Positions 17,220 to 25,301 of a DNA stretch of 61,911 nucleotides are shown here, one piece after another (positions within the stretch are counted from its first letter, which is position 1; each line of letters opens with the position of its first letter). The translations under genes and the position numbers were made by a program. The notes below the pieces were generated by a model. It did not search any database, was not told the DNA's origin, and saw only the letters and a program-made list of their open reading frames with translations. The stretch is taken from NCBI GenBank assembly GCA_964619875.1, contig CAZUFU010000001.1, positions 1-61,911 of the forward strand. The letters are read 5' to 3'. The stretch comes from an uncultured Oscillospiraceae bacterium (GTDB lineage: Bacteria; Bacillota; Clostridia; Peptostreptococcales; Anaerovoracaceae).

Positions 17220-17612
17220 GAATTGTCACCCCTGCCCATCGAGTTTTCAACGGTTTGCGGCGTCGCAGGGTTTACCTTTTCGGCTAATAGCGCCCAGAGC
17301 AGGACTGTCAAAATCCGAATTATAAACCCTGACCTTCGAGTTTTCAACGGTTTGAGGCATCGGAGGGTTAACTTTTTAGAAGTTTTTCAACTGAAGAAGT
17401 CCTATAATCTGTGAATTGTCACCCCTGCCCATCGAGTTTTCAACGGTTTGCGGGCTCGAAGGGTTGACTTTTTCAGCTATTTTCACCAGAAGAAGTCCTA
17501 AAAACTGTGAATTGTCACCCCTGCCCATCGAGTTTTCAACGGTTTGCGGCTTCGAAGGGTTGACTTTTGCCCAAAACAGCCCTGAGCCAACGGAAAACAG
17601 CCCTGAGCCGAC
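17220..17612 (+). repeat. Four-copy tandem array (96-97 bp period) of a hairpin plus T-run element, with a trailing 21-bp duplication
   Basis: Unit starts are at 17220, 17317, 17413 and 17509. The conserved core is GAATTGTCACCCCTGCCCATCGAGTTTTCAACGGTTTGCGG..TCGAAGGGTTGAC(T)n. AAAACAGCCCTGAGCC occurs at 17573 and 17594. Confidence 0.9.
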
Positions 17613-17692
17613 AAAAGCCAACCGCCTACTGTCATAAGTCAACCATGGTTCTCATGCATTGAATCAGCAATGTTAAAAATCACACTATCCCC

Positions 17693-17721
17693 TTGAAAAA
17701 CACACACTTTTCAAGTAAAAT
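17693..17721 (+). promoter_or_regulatory. Candidate sigma-A promoter of the cdaA operon
   Basis: TTGAAA (17693-17698), a 17-nt spacer, then TAAAAT (17716-17721). Confidence 0.5.
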
Positions 17722-17752
17722 AGAATTGATTAAGTATGGGAGAATGAGATTT

Positions 17753-18598
17753 ATGGAACAATTTGTTGAAAAAATAGTTTCAGGCATCGGATTTACAGAT
17801 ATTCTGGACATCCTGATCGTGACATTTATCATCTACAAACTCATCGGATTTATAAAGGAGACCAGAGCCGAGCAGCTTGCCAAGGGGTTGCTGCTGCTTG
17901 TAATTGCGACGCTGCTTTCCAAGGAACTGCAGCTTTACACACTGCACTGGATTCTTTCAGGACTGATGACAGTAGGACTGATAGCAGTTGTGGTAATTTT
18001 CCAGCCTGAACTGAGAAGGGGTCTTGAATACCTTGGCAGAAGCAAGTTCAGCAATGTGCTCAGCGAGGTGGACAAGGAAGAAGCAAAATACATGGTAGGC
18101 CAGCTTGTAGAGGCAATCGATGACATGTCAGCCTCTAAGACCGGAGCACTAATTGTAATCGAGAGAGAGACATCTCTTAGCGACATAGTTGAGACAGGGA
18201 CCGTCATAGACGCAGCTGTATCAGCACAAATGATAGGAAATATCTTTTATGAGGGCGCACCTTTGCATGACGGAGCACTCATAATCAGAGGCGACAGGCT
18301 TTATGCAGCAGGCTGCGTTCTGCCGCTTACACAGAATAAAAATCTGAACAAGGAACTTGGAACAAGGCACAGGGCCGGCATAGGTATATCTGAAAACTCA
18401 GATGCCCTGGTGATAATCGTTTCAGAGGAAACAGGCATAATTTCCATAGCACAGAACGGTAAGCTGACCAGATTCCTTGACGTTAAGAAAATTGAAAAAA
18501 CCCTGTATAATATATACCTGGAGGAATCCAACAGGACGCTGAGCGAGAAGCTGTCGTCAATCCTCAAGGGTGTGAAGCAAGGGGGTAAAAAATGCTGA
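17753..18598 (+). CDS. cdaA: Diadenylate cyclase CdaA (c-di-AMP synthase)
   Basis: Three N-terminal TM helices. DAC domain motifs PLHDGALII and TRHRAGIGISE. The start is placed at ATG 17753, downstream of the predicted promoter. ATG 17744 is an alternative. Confidence 0.9.
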   Translation: MEQFVEKIVSGIGFTDILDILIVTFIIYKLIGFIKETRAEQLAKGLLLLVIATLLSKELQLYTLHWILSGLMTVGLIAVVVIFQPELRRGLEYLGRSKFSNVLSEVDKEEAKYMVGQLVEAIDDMSASKTGALIVIERETSLSDIVETGTVIDAAVSAQMIGNIFYEGAPLHDGALIIRGDRLYAAGCVLPLTQNKNLNKELGTRHRAGIGISENSDALVIIVSEETGIISIAQNGKLTRFLDVKKIEKTLYNIYLEESNRTLSEKLSSILKGVKQGGKKC

Positions 18599-19782
18599 AG
18601 AATAACAAGATAAATCTGGTTCTTGCATTGCTTGCAGCCATCTGTCTGTGGGCATATGTGCTGGGGGATGACAGCTCATCTTACGGCGGAACCATGAGAA
18701 ATGTACCCATAAACTATATCAACGCAGAAGCACTGGAGAGAGCCGGCCTTGTAGTCCTTGACACACCTACGGAAACAGTGAATATTTCCTACACAGGACA
18801 GAGAAGCCTCAAGAATAAGGTAAAGGCCAAGGATTTCAAGGTCACAGTTGACCTGGAAGGCCTTAAGGAAGGCGAAAACACCGTGAAGCTAATGGTGGAA
18901 AAACCGGAGAATGTTGATATAAAAAGTGTCAGCCTGCAGAAGGTGACGGTGGTTGTAGACAAACTGGCCGAAGAGTATAAGGCTGTAAATGTAGTGATAA
19001 CCAACCAGACCAGCGACGACAGCGAGCCTTACATAGTGCAGGTAAGCAGAGAAAAGGTAAAGGTAATAGGAGCAGAAACTCTGGTAAACAGCGTGGCATC
19101 ACTTAACGCGTCTGTGGATGCAGGCAAGGTTGGAAATACCATGAAATCTCTGAACATTGAACTGGTGCCTGTAAACCGCAAGGGAGAGATTGTGGATAAC
19201 GTGAAGCTTGAATTCGAGAATGTGTCTGTTACCACTATAATGCATAATAAGAAGACTGTAAGTCTCAATGTTCCGATTACGGGCAATCAGAGCACCTTTG
19301 TCACAAGGGAGATTTCCGTGCCGAAGACCATTACAATCAAGGGCACGGACGAACTGCTTTCGCAGATAAGTTCAATCACATGTAAGCCTGTGGATATTTC
19401 AGATATCTTTGAGGATACGGTAATCAACATAGAGCCTCTGCTGCCGGAAGGAATAGAAGTGGCTATGGATTCCCAGCATCTGCAGATTACGGTTGCAGTT
19501 GCGGGAGCTGCCACAAGGGATTTCACATTTACGGAAAACGATATTGTCCTTGAAGGTGTTGACGAAGATACAATTCCTACGGTGGATGATATTACAGTGA
19601 AAGTATCTGTTTCCGGCAACGCCGAAGTTATAGAACAGATTACGGAAGATGATTTCAGACTCTATGCGGATGTCAGCGGGCTTGAACCGGGCACACATAC
19701 AGTTGAACTGAAGTGCGTTTGTGAGAATAAAGGGCTGGAATTGGAATACAATCCTAGTGTAATAAAAGTTATCATCGAATAA
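18592..19782 (+). CDS. cdaR: CdaA regulator CdaR (YbbR-domain protein)
   Basis: N-terminal TM helix plus repeated YbbR-like beta domains. Overlaps cdaA by 7 nt and is followed by glmM. Confidence 0.85.
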   Translation: MLKNNKINLVLALLAAICLWAYVLGDDSSSYGGTMRNVPINYINAEALERAGLVVLDTPTETVNISYTGQRSLKNKVKAKDFKVTVDLEGLKEGENTVKLMVEKPENVDIKSVSLQKVTVVVDKLAEEYKAVNVVITNQTSDDSEPYIVQVSREKVKVIGAETLVNSVASLNASVDAGKVGNTMKSLNIELVPVNRKGEIVDNVKLEFENVSVTTIMHNKKTVSLNVPITGNQSTFVTREISVPKTITIKGTDELLSQISSITCKPVDISDIFEDTVINIEPLLPEGIEVAMDSQHLQITVAVAGAATRDFTFTENDIVLEGVDEDTIPTVDDITVKVSVSGNAEVIEQITEDDFRLYADVSGLEPGTHTVELKCVCENKGLELEYNPSVIKVIIE

Positions 19783-19814
19783 TCAAAAATTGACTGAAGA
19801 ATCGAGGTAAAACC

Positions 19815-21164
19815 ATGGGAAGACTTTTCGGAACCGATGGAGTAAGAGGAATTGCCAATAAGGAACTTACTCCGGAGCTGGCATTCAATCTGGGGAAGGC
19901 AGGAACTTTCGTGCTCAGTAGGGAAAGCAAAAGACCTACCATAATCATAGGCAGGGATACGAGAGTATCCGGTGATATGCTGGAAAACGCTTTAACGGCA
20001 GGTATTCTGGCCGTTGGCGGCAATGTTATCAAGGCAGGCATTATACCCACACCGGCGGTAGCTTATCTGACCAGATACTATAAAGCCGATGCAGGCATCG
20101 TTATAAGCGCCTCCCATAACACATTTGAATACAACGGAATAAAGTTTTTTAACTCAGAGGGTTTCAAACTTGATGATCTCATAGAGGAAAAAATAGAGGA
20201 CATAATTATAAGCAGCATAGATGTGAACAGCCATATTACCGGAGACCTTATAGGCAAATGCCTGGAGGCAGAGGAAAGTGCGGCTGAACTTTATGCAGAG
20301 CATCTGATACAGACCGCCGACTTCCGCCTGGACGGCAGGAAGGTGGTTCTGGACTGCGCCAACGGAGCATCATATCAGGTGGCCCGCCGTGTGTATGAAA
20401 GTCTGGGGGCCGAAGTGGTCACTATAGGAGACAGCCCTGATGGTATAAACATCAATGACGGGTGCGGCTCCACTCATCCTGAAAAGCTCCAGGAAAGGGT
20501 GGTTAAAGAAGGTGCTTTCATAGGCCTGGCATTTGACGGAGACGCAGACAGACTTATAGTTTCCGATGAAAAGGGCCGGGTCCTGGATGGAGACAAGACG
20601 ATTGCCATCTGTGCCAAGATGCTTAAGGCGGAAGGGCGCCTTAAGGATGATAAGGTAACTGCTACAGTTATGAGCAACATAGGTTTTCACAAGGCTATGG
20701 AAGCGGAAAATATTGCAGTGGACGTTACCGGGGTGGGTGACAGGTATGTACTTGAGAAAATGCTGGAAACGGGCTGTGTAATCGGAGGCGAGCAGTCAGG
20801 ACATATAATTTTCTTGGAGCACACCACTACAGGCGATGGCATTTTATCTTCACTTCAGTTTGTGAAGGCAGTCCTTGCAAGCGGCAGACCTGCTTCTGAG
20901 CTTGCGGATGAAATCGCAATCTATCCTCAGGTGCTTGTAAACGCAAAAATCAACAACGACTACAAAAAGACCTATGCAAAAGACCCGGAAGTTGCTGATG
21001 CAATCAAAACTGCTGAGGAAAAGCTGGCAGGGTCGGGACGTGTTCTCATAAGACCTTCCGGCACTGAGCCACTTGTTAGGGTAATGCTTGAGGGCAGCGA
21101 TACAGAACAGATAAATGAACTGGCGGAAGAACTTGCTGCTCTGATAGAAAGAAAATTCAAATAG
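19815..21164 (+). CDS. glmM: Phosphoglucosamine mutase
   Basis: FGTDGVRG and SASHNTFEYNGIKFF, the latter containing the catalytic Ser. Confidence 0.95.
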   Translation: MGRLFGTDGVRGIANKELTPELAFNLGKAGTFVLSRESKRPTIIIGRDTRVSGDMLENALTAGILAVGGNVIKAGIIPTPAVAYLTRYYKADAGIVISASHNTFEYNGIKFFNSEGFKLDDLIEEKIEDIIISSIDVNSHITGDLIGKCLEAEESAAELYAEHLIQTADFRLDGRKVVLDCANGASYQVARRVYESLGAEVVTIGDSPDGININDGCGSTHPEKLQERVVKEGAFIGLAFDGDADRLIVSDEKGRVLDGDKTIAICAKMLKAEGRLKDDKVTATVMSNIGFHKAMEAENIAVDVTGVGDRYVLEKMLETGCVIGGEQSGHIIFLEHTTTGDGILSSLQFVKAVLASGRPASELADEIAIYPQVLVNAKINNDYKKTYAKDPEVADAIKTAEEKLAGSGRVLIRPSGTEPLVRVMLEGSDTEQINELAEELAALIERKFK

Positions 21165-21173
21165 GAGTATAAA

Positions 21174-23009
21174 ATGTGTGGTATTGTAGGATATACTGGC
21201 AGAGATAATGCCAGAGACATTATCATTGACGGTCTTAAAAAACTGGAGTATCGCGGCTATGACTCGGCGGGAATTGCCTTGCTCATAGACGGAGAGATAA
21301 ACATAAAGAAACATGTAGGCGGCATTGAGAACCTGGAAAATCTCATTGCCGGTGAAAACCTTTACAGCCATACGGGCATAGGACATACCAGATGGGCAAC
21401 CCACGGCGCACCATCTGATATAAATGCTCATCCTCACGCCAGCGAGGACGGCAGGGTTGCCATAGTGCACAACGGAATCATAGAAAACTACGTGGAGCTT
21501 AAACAGGAACTCATAGAAAAGCACCATGTTCACTTTAAATCGGAGACCGATACGGAAGTAGTAGCGCATCTGATAGGAATTTACATGAAGGAAAGCGACT
21601 GCCTGGAGGATGCTGTATTTAAGGCTATGGGGCGCATGAGAGGTGCGTATGCCATTGTGGCCATTTCTGCAGATGACCCGGATAAGCTGGTTGCTGTAAG
21701 AAAGGATGCACCACTTATTGCGGGACTGGGCAAAGGCAGCAATTTCATTGCTTCCGACATTCCGGCACTGCTTAAGTACGTAAAGGAAATCTATCTCATA
21801 GAAAACGGTGAGATGGTTGTGGTTACACCTGACAGTGTGAAGATTTTCGATGAGAACAGAAATCCTGTGAAGCGCGATGTTTTCCATGTGACATGGGATG
21901 TGGATGCAGCCGAAAAAGAGGGATACGAGCACTTCATGCTCAAGGAGATTTTTGAGCAGCCTAAGGGCATAAGTGAGACTATAAACAGACGTCTTGATGA
22001 AAACAGAAAGATAAAGCTGGACGGTATTTCCCTTACGAAGGAGGAACTGGACCGGTTTTCTAAAATATATATTGTAGCCTGCGGCACGGCTTACCATGCC
22101 GGCCTGGTGGGCAAGACCATAATCGAGAAATTTGCAAAAATTCCTGTGGAGGTTGATGTTGCCTCTGAGTTCAGGTATAGGGATCCTCTGGTTGACCAGA
22201 ACACTCTGTTTATTGCAATCAGCCAGTCAGGAGAGACTCTTGACACTCTGGCAGCCTTGAGAGAGGCCAAGAGGAAGGGCGCGAGAATTCTCAGCGTTGT
22301 CAATGTGGTGGGAAGCTCTGTGGCCAGAGAATCTGACGATGTGTTTTACACATGGGCAGGTCCGGAAATTGCAGTAGCTTCAACCAAGGCATATACTACA
22401 CAGCTGACCTGCATGTATCTTCTGGGACTGTACATGGGGCTTCAGAGAGGGACCATCTCGGAGGACTTCTATAAGGAATTTATCGAAGACCTTTCGGCAA
22501 TACCTCAGAAGCTGGGAGACTACCTGAAAAGGAAGGGTGAAATCGAAGCTCTGGCGAAGCTCCTTTATAACCGCGATCAGGTATTCTTTATAGGTAGGGG
22601 ACTGGATTCGGCAATTGCCTATGAAGGATCTCTGAAGCTTAAGGAAATTTCATATATCAATTCCTTTGCCATTGCGGCAGGAGAGCTGAAGCACGGAACC
22701 ATAGCACTTATGGAGCCGGGAACCCTGGTGCTGGCTCTGGCCACACAGGATTTTCTGTACGAGAAAATGATTTCAAATATTCAGGAAATCAAGGCGAGAG
22801 GCGCCCATGTGCTTTCCATAGCAAAAGAAGGCAATCGTGCAATAGAGTCTCAGAGCAACGAGGTTATATATATACCGCCTTGCCGTGACGAGCTCAGCCC
22901 TCTGCTTTCCGTAGTACCGCTGCAGCTTTTCTCATATTATGTTGCAAAGGAACGAGGATGTAATATTGACAAACCGAAGAATTTAGCTAAATCAGTAACT
23001 GTAGAATAG
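21174..23009 (+). CDS. glmS: Glutamine--fructose-6-phosphate aminotransferase
   Basis: MCGIVGY N-terminus, two SIS domains, C-terminal KSVTVE. Confidence 0.95.
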   Translation: MCGIVGYTGRDNARDIIIDGLKKLEYRGYDSAGIALLIDGEINIKKHVGGIENLENLIAGENLYSHTGIGHTRWATHGAPSDINAHPHASEDGRVAIVHNGIIENYVELKQELIEKHHVHFKSETDTEVVAHLIGIYMKESDCLEDAVFKAMGRMRGAYAIVAISADDPDKLVAVRKDAPLIAGLGKGSNFIASDIPALLKYVKEIYLIENGEMVVVTPDSVKIFDENRNPVKRDVFHVTWDVDAAEKEGYEHFMLKEIFEQPKGISETINRRLDENRKIKLDGISLTKEELDRFSKIYIVACGTAYHAGLVGKTIIEKFAKIPVEVDVASEFRYRDPLVDQNTLFIAISQSGETLDTLAALREAKRKGARILSVVNVVGSSVARESDDVFYTWAGPEIAVASTKAYTTQLTCMYLLGLYMGLQRGTISEDFYKEFIEDLSAIPQKLGDYLKRKGEIEALAKLLYNRDQVFFIGRGLDSAIAYEGSLKLKEISYINSFAIAAGELKHGTIALMEPGTLVLALATQDFLYEKMISNIQEIKARGAHVLSIAKEGNRAIESQSNEVIYIPPCRDELSPLLSVVPLQLFSYYVAKERGCNIDKPKNLAKSVTVE

Positions 23010-23022
23010 AGGAGAAGATAAA

Positions 23023-24273
23023 ATGGAAAAATACGATGTAAGGGACATAGGTCTGGCACCGTCCGGCCATCAGAAGATTGAATGGGTAAGAAAAAATATG
23101 CCTTTGCTGAGAGGCCTTGAGGAAGAATTCAGACAGACCAGACCCTTTGAGGGAGTAAAAATTTCACTTTCCGTTCATCTGGAGGCAAAGACAGCATACC
23201 TTTGTCTGGTTCTCGCAGCAGGCGGAGCAGAGATGTCAGTGACGGGAAGCAATATACTGAGCACACAGGATGATGTGGCTGCGGCACTTGCAGACAGCGG
23301 ACTGAGGGTATACGCTTATCACGGTGCAACACAGGAGGAATATGACAGACATATAGAGATGTGTCTTGAGCAGAAGCCGAATATCATCGTAGACGACGGT
23401 GCTGATCTCGTTTCTCTTATTCATGAAAAGAGACCTGACCTGGCTGAAGAGGTATGGGGCGGCTGTGAGGAAACCACAACCGGAATTATAAGATTAAAGG
23501 CCCTCGACAGAGAAGGACTGCTCAAATTCCCCATGATGGCAGTAAACGATGCCAAGTGCAAGCATCTTTTTGACAACAGATACGGCACAGGCCAGTCCAC
23601 ATGGGACAGCATAATGAGAAATACAAACCTTATTATCGCCGCCAAGACTGTAGTTGTGGTTGGATACGGCTGGTGCTCCAGAGGTATCGCCATGAGAGCG
23701 GCAGCACTGGGCGCAAAAGTTATCGTAACTGAAATTGATCCGGTTAAGGCTATTGAAGCAAAGATGGATGGGTTCGATGTAATGAAGATGGAGCAGGCGG
23801 CACCTCTGGGAGATATTTTTGTATCGGCTACAGGATGCGCATGGACCATTACAGTGGAACACATGCTCACTATGAAGGACGGGGCTATCCTGACCAATGC
23901 AGGTCATTTCAACTGCGAAGTTGACATGGAGGGACTGGAAAAAGCTGCTGTTGAGAAGAAAGAGGCAAGAAAGAACATCATGGGCTATAAGCTGCCTAAC
24001 GGCAAATGGGTCAATGTAATTGCAGAGGGCAGACTGGTAAACATTGCTGCTGCAGACGGACATCCTGCTGAAATTATGGACCTGAGCTTTGCGGTTCAGG
24101 CGCTGGGGGCTCTTTACATAAAAGAAAACCACGACAAACTTGGCAATCATCTTATCAACATTCCTGAGGAAATGGATGATATTATTGCAAGACGCAAGCT
24201 TGCCGCATGGGGCATCGAAATCGATACACTGACACCTGAACAGGAAAAATATCTGAATTCGTGGCAGATTTAG
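23023..24273 (+). CDS. ahcY: Adenosylhomocysteinase
   Basis: Typical about 415-aa SAH hydrolase with the NAD site VVVGYGWCSRGIA. Confidence 0.95.
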   Translation: MEKYDVRDIGLAPSGHQKIEWVRKNMPLLRGLEEEFRQTRPFEGVKISLSVHLEAKTAYLCLVLAAGGAEMSVTGSNILSTQDDVAAALADSGLRVYAYHGATQEEYDRHIEMCLEQKPNIIVDDGADLVSLIHEKRPDLAEEVWGGCEETTTGIIRLKALDREGLLKFPMMAVNDAKCKHLFDNRYGTGQSTWDSIMRNTNLIIAAKTVVVVGYGWCSRGIAMRAAALGAKVIVTEIDPVKAIEAKMDGFDVMKMEQAAPLGDIFVSATGCAWTITVEHMLTMKDGAILTNAGHFNCEVDMEGLEKAAVEKKEARKNIMGYKLPNGKWVNVIAEGRLVNIAAADGHPAEIMDLSFAVQALGALYIKENHDKLGNHLINIPEEMDDIIARRKLAAWGIEIDTLTPEQEKYLNSWQI

Positions 24274-24299
24274 TTATAGCAAGAAAGAAGGCGAAGTAA

Positions 24300-24875
24300 A
24301 TGAATTTTACTTATGAAGACATCAAAGAACAGGCAAGGACAGCTGCTGCAGAGCTGGTTGAAACTGCGAAGCTTAAGAAAGGCGATATTTTCGTTATCGG
24401 CTGCAGTTCCAGTGAGGTGGTAGGGCTGAGAATCGGCAAGGGCTCTGATATAAACGCTGCAGAGGCGGTTTATGAGGGCGTGATGAGTGTCCTTGAGCCA
24501 AAGGGAATTTTTCTGGCGGCTCAGTGCTGTGAGCATCTGAATCGTGCCGTAATCGTTGAAAAGGATGCACTTCTGCCGGGGACGGAGATTGTAAACGTGG
24601 TTCCGCAGCCTCACGCAGGAGGTTCATTTGCCGTAACTGTTTATAAGAATGCGAAATGCCCTGTGGCAGTTGAGGAAATTAAAGCAGATGCAGGTATGGA
24701 TATCGGCGGAACTCTCATCGGTATGCAGCTCAAAAAAGTTGCTGTGCCTGTAAGGCTTTCCATAAAGCAGATAGGGGAGGCACCTCTTATCTGCGCAAGA
24801 ACCAGACCGAAGTTTATCGGCGGAAGCCGTGCCGTTTACGATGAGGCGTTAAGCGGCGGAGATATTCCGAGATAG
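24300..24875 (+). CDS. UPF0340/TIGR01440-type protein (YwlG-like)
   Basis: Family-like sequence GDIFVIGCSSSEV...AAQCCEHLNRA. Confidence 0.75.
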   Translation: MNFTYEDIKEQARTAAAELVETAKLKKGDIFVIGCSSSEVVGLRIGKGSDINAAEAVYEGVMSVLEPKGIFLAAQCCEHLNRAVIVEKDALLPGTEIVNVVPQPHAGGSFAVTVYKNAKCPVAVEEIKADAGMDIGGTLIGMQLKKVAVPVRLSIKQIGEAPLICARTRPKFIGGSRAVYDEALSGGDIPR

Positions 24876-24913
24876 CTGATTAATAGCAGAGCAATAAAAA
24901 TCGAAAAGCCGTA

Positions 24914-24941
24914 ACACAATTGTGTTTTTCATCATATTCTA
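24914..24941 (+). promoter_or_regulatory. Candidate mother-cell (sigma-K-like) promoter
   Basis: AC (24914-24915), 17 nt, then CATATTCTA (24933-24941). This matches AC-N16-17-CATAnnnTA. Confidence 0.3.
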
Positions 24942-24997
24942 TACTACAACTGAATACATCTTAGCTTTAAAAAAATGAAAGAAGTAGGTGAATTAAT

Positions 24998-25099
24998 ATG
25001 TCAAACACTTGTGGCTTTTTAGGTGAAGGTGGAGGAATTGACACCAGCTTGTTATTTTTCTTCCTGTTACTGGTAATTATTTTCTGTAATTGCTGCTAA
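24998..25099 (+). CDS. Tiny Gly/Cys-rich transmembrane peptide (33 aa, YjcZ/tiny-TM-like); not in the ORF track
   Basis: Sequence MSNTCGFLGEGGGIDTSLLFFFLLLVIIFCNCC. AGGTG RBS 8 nt upstream. It has its own intrinsic terminator immediately downstream. Confidence 0.5.
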   Translation: MSNTCGFLGEGGGIDTSLLFFFLLLVIIFCNCC

Positions 25100-25125
25100 C
25101 AACCAAAACGCATAAAAACTGAAAA

Positions 25126-25168
25126 AATCCGGTTCCCAGGCTGAATATGGGAGCCGGATTTCTTTTTA
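25126..25168 (+). terminator. Intrinsic terminator after the tiny ORF
   Basis: AATCCGGTTCCC / GGGAGCCGGATT stem followed by TCTTTTT. Confidence 0.8.
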
Positions 25169-25301
25169 TTACCCAAAAGTTTAGGTAAGAATACCTGTCC
25201 GGGTAATTGTGACAGTCCCGTGAAGAATGTAGTATATACCTGTGCTCGAAAGGGCACAGCAAAAAACCATTCTTTATTATTCTTATTTAGGAGGACTTAT
25301 T

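Noticed and set aside
17285-17310. AGCGCCCAGAGCAGGACTG, which resembles the 5' end of the glmS ribozyme (AGCGCCAGAACTGGCAGGCGCC)
   Set aside because: Only the first roughly 8 nt match. The complementary GGCGCC P1/P2 partners and the rest of the core are missing. It is also 3.9 kb upstream of glmS, with three genes in between.
17220-17612. CRISPR array interpretation of the 96-97 bp repeats
   Set aside because: The conserved part is about 60 bp, which is too long for a CRISPR repeat. The 'spacers' are themselves partly conserved between units. There are only four units, no leader and no cas genes in 62 kb.
17223-17642. Three short ORFs (63, 73 and 88 aa) inside the tandem repeat array, encoding repeated LSPLPIEFSTVCG-type peptides
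   Set aside because: The plus-strand pair begin at TTG codons with no RBS. Their similarity simply mirrors the DNA repeat. The frames are broken differently in each unit, and the diverged copy 2 does not preserve the peptide. A non-coding explanation fits better.
20850-22097. 415-aa ORF on the minus strand
   Set aside because: It lies entirely antisense to the strongly recognisable glmM and glmS genes. The translated sequence has no motifs, no RBS and skewed composition. It is a typical shadow ORF of a highly expressed gene.
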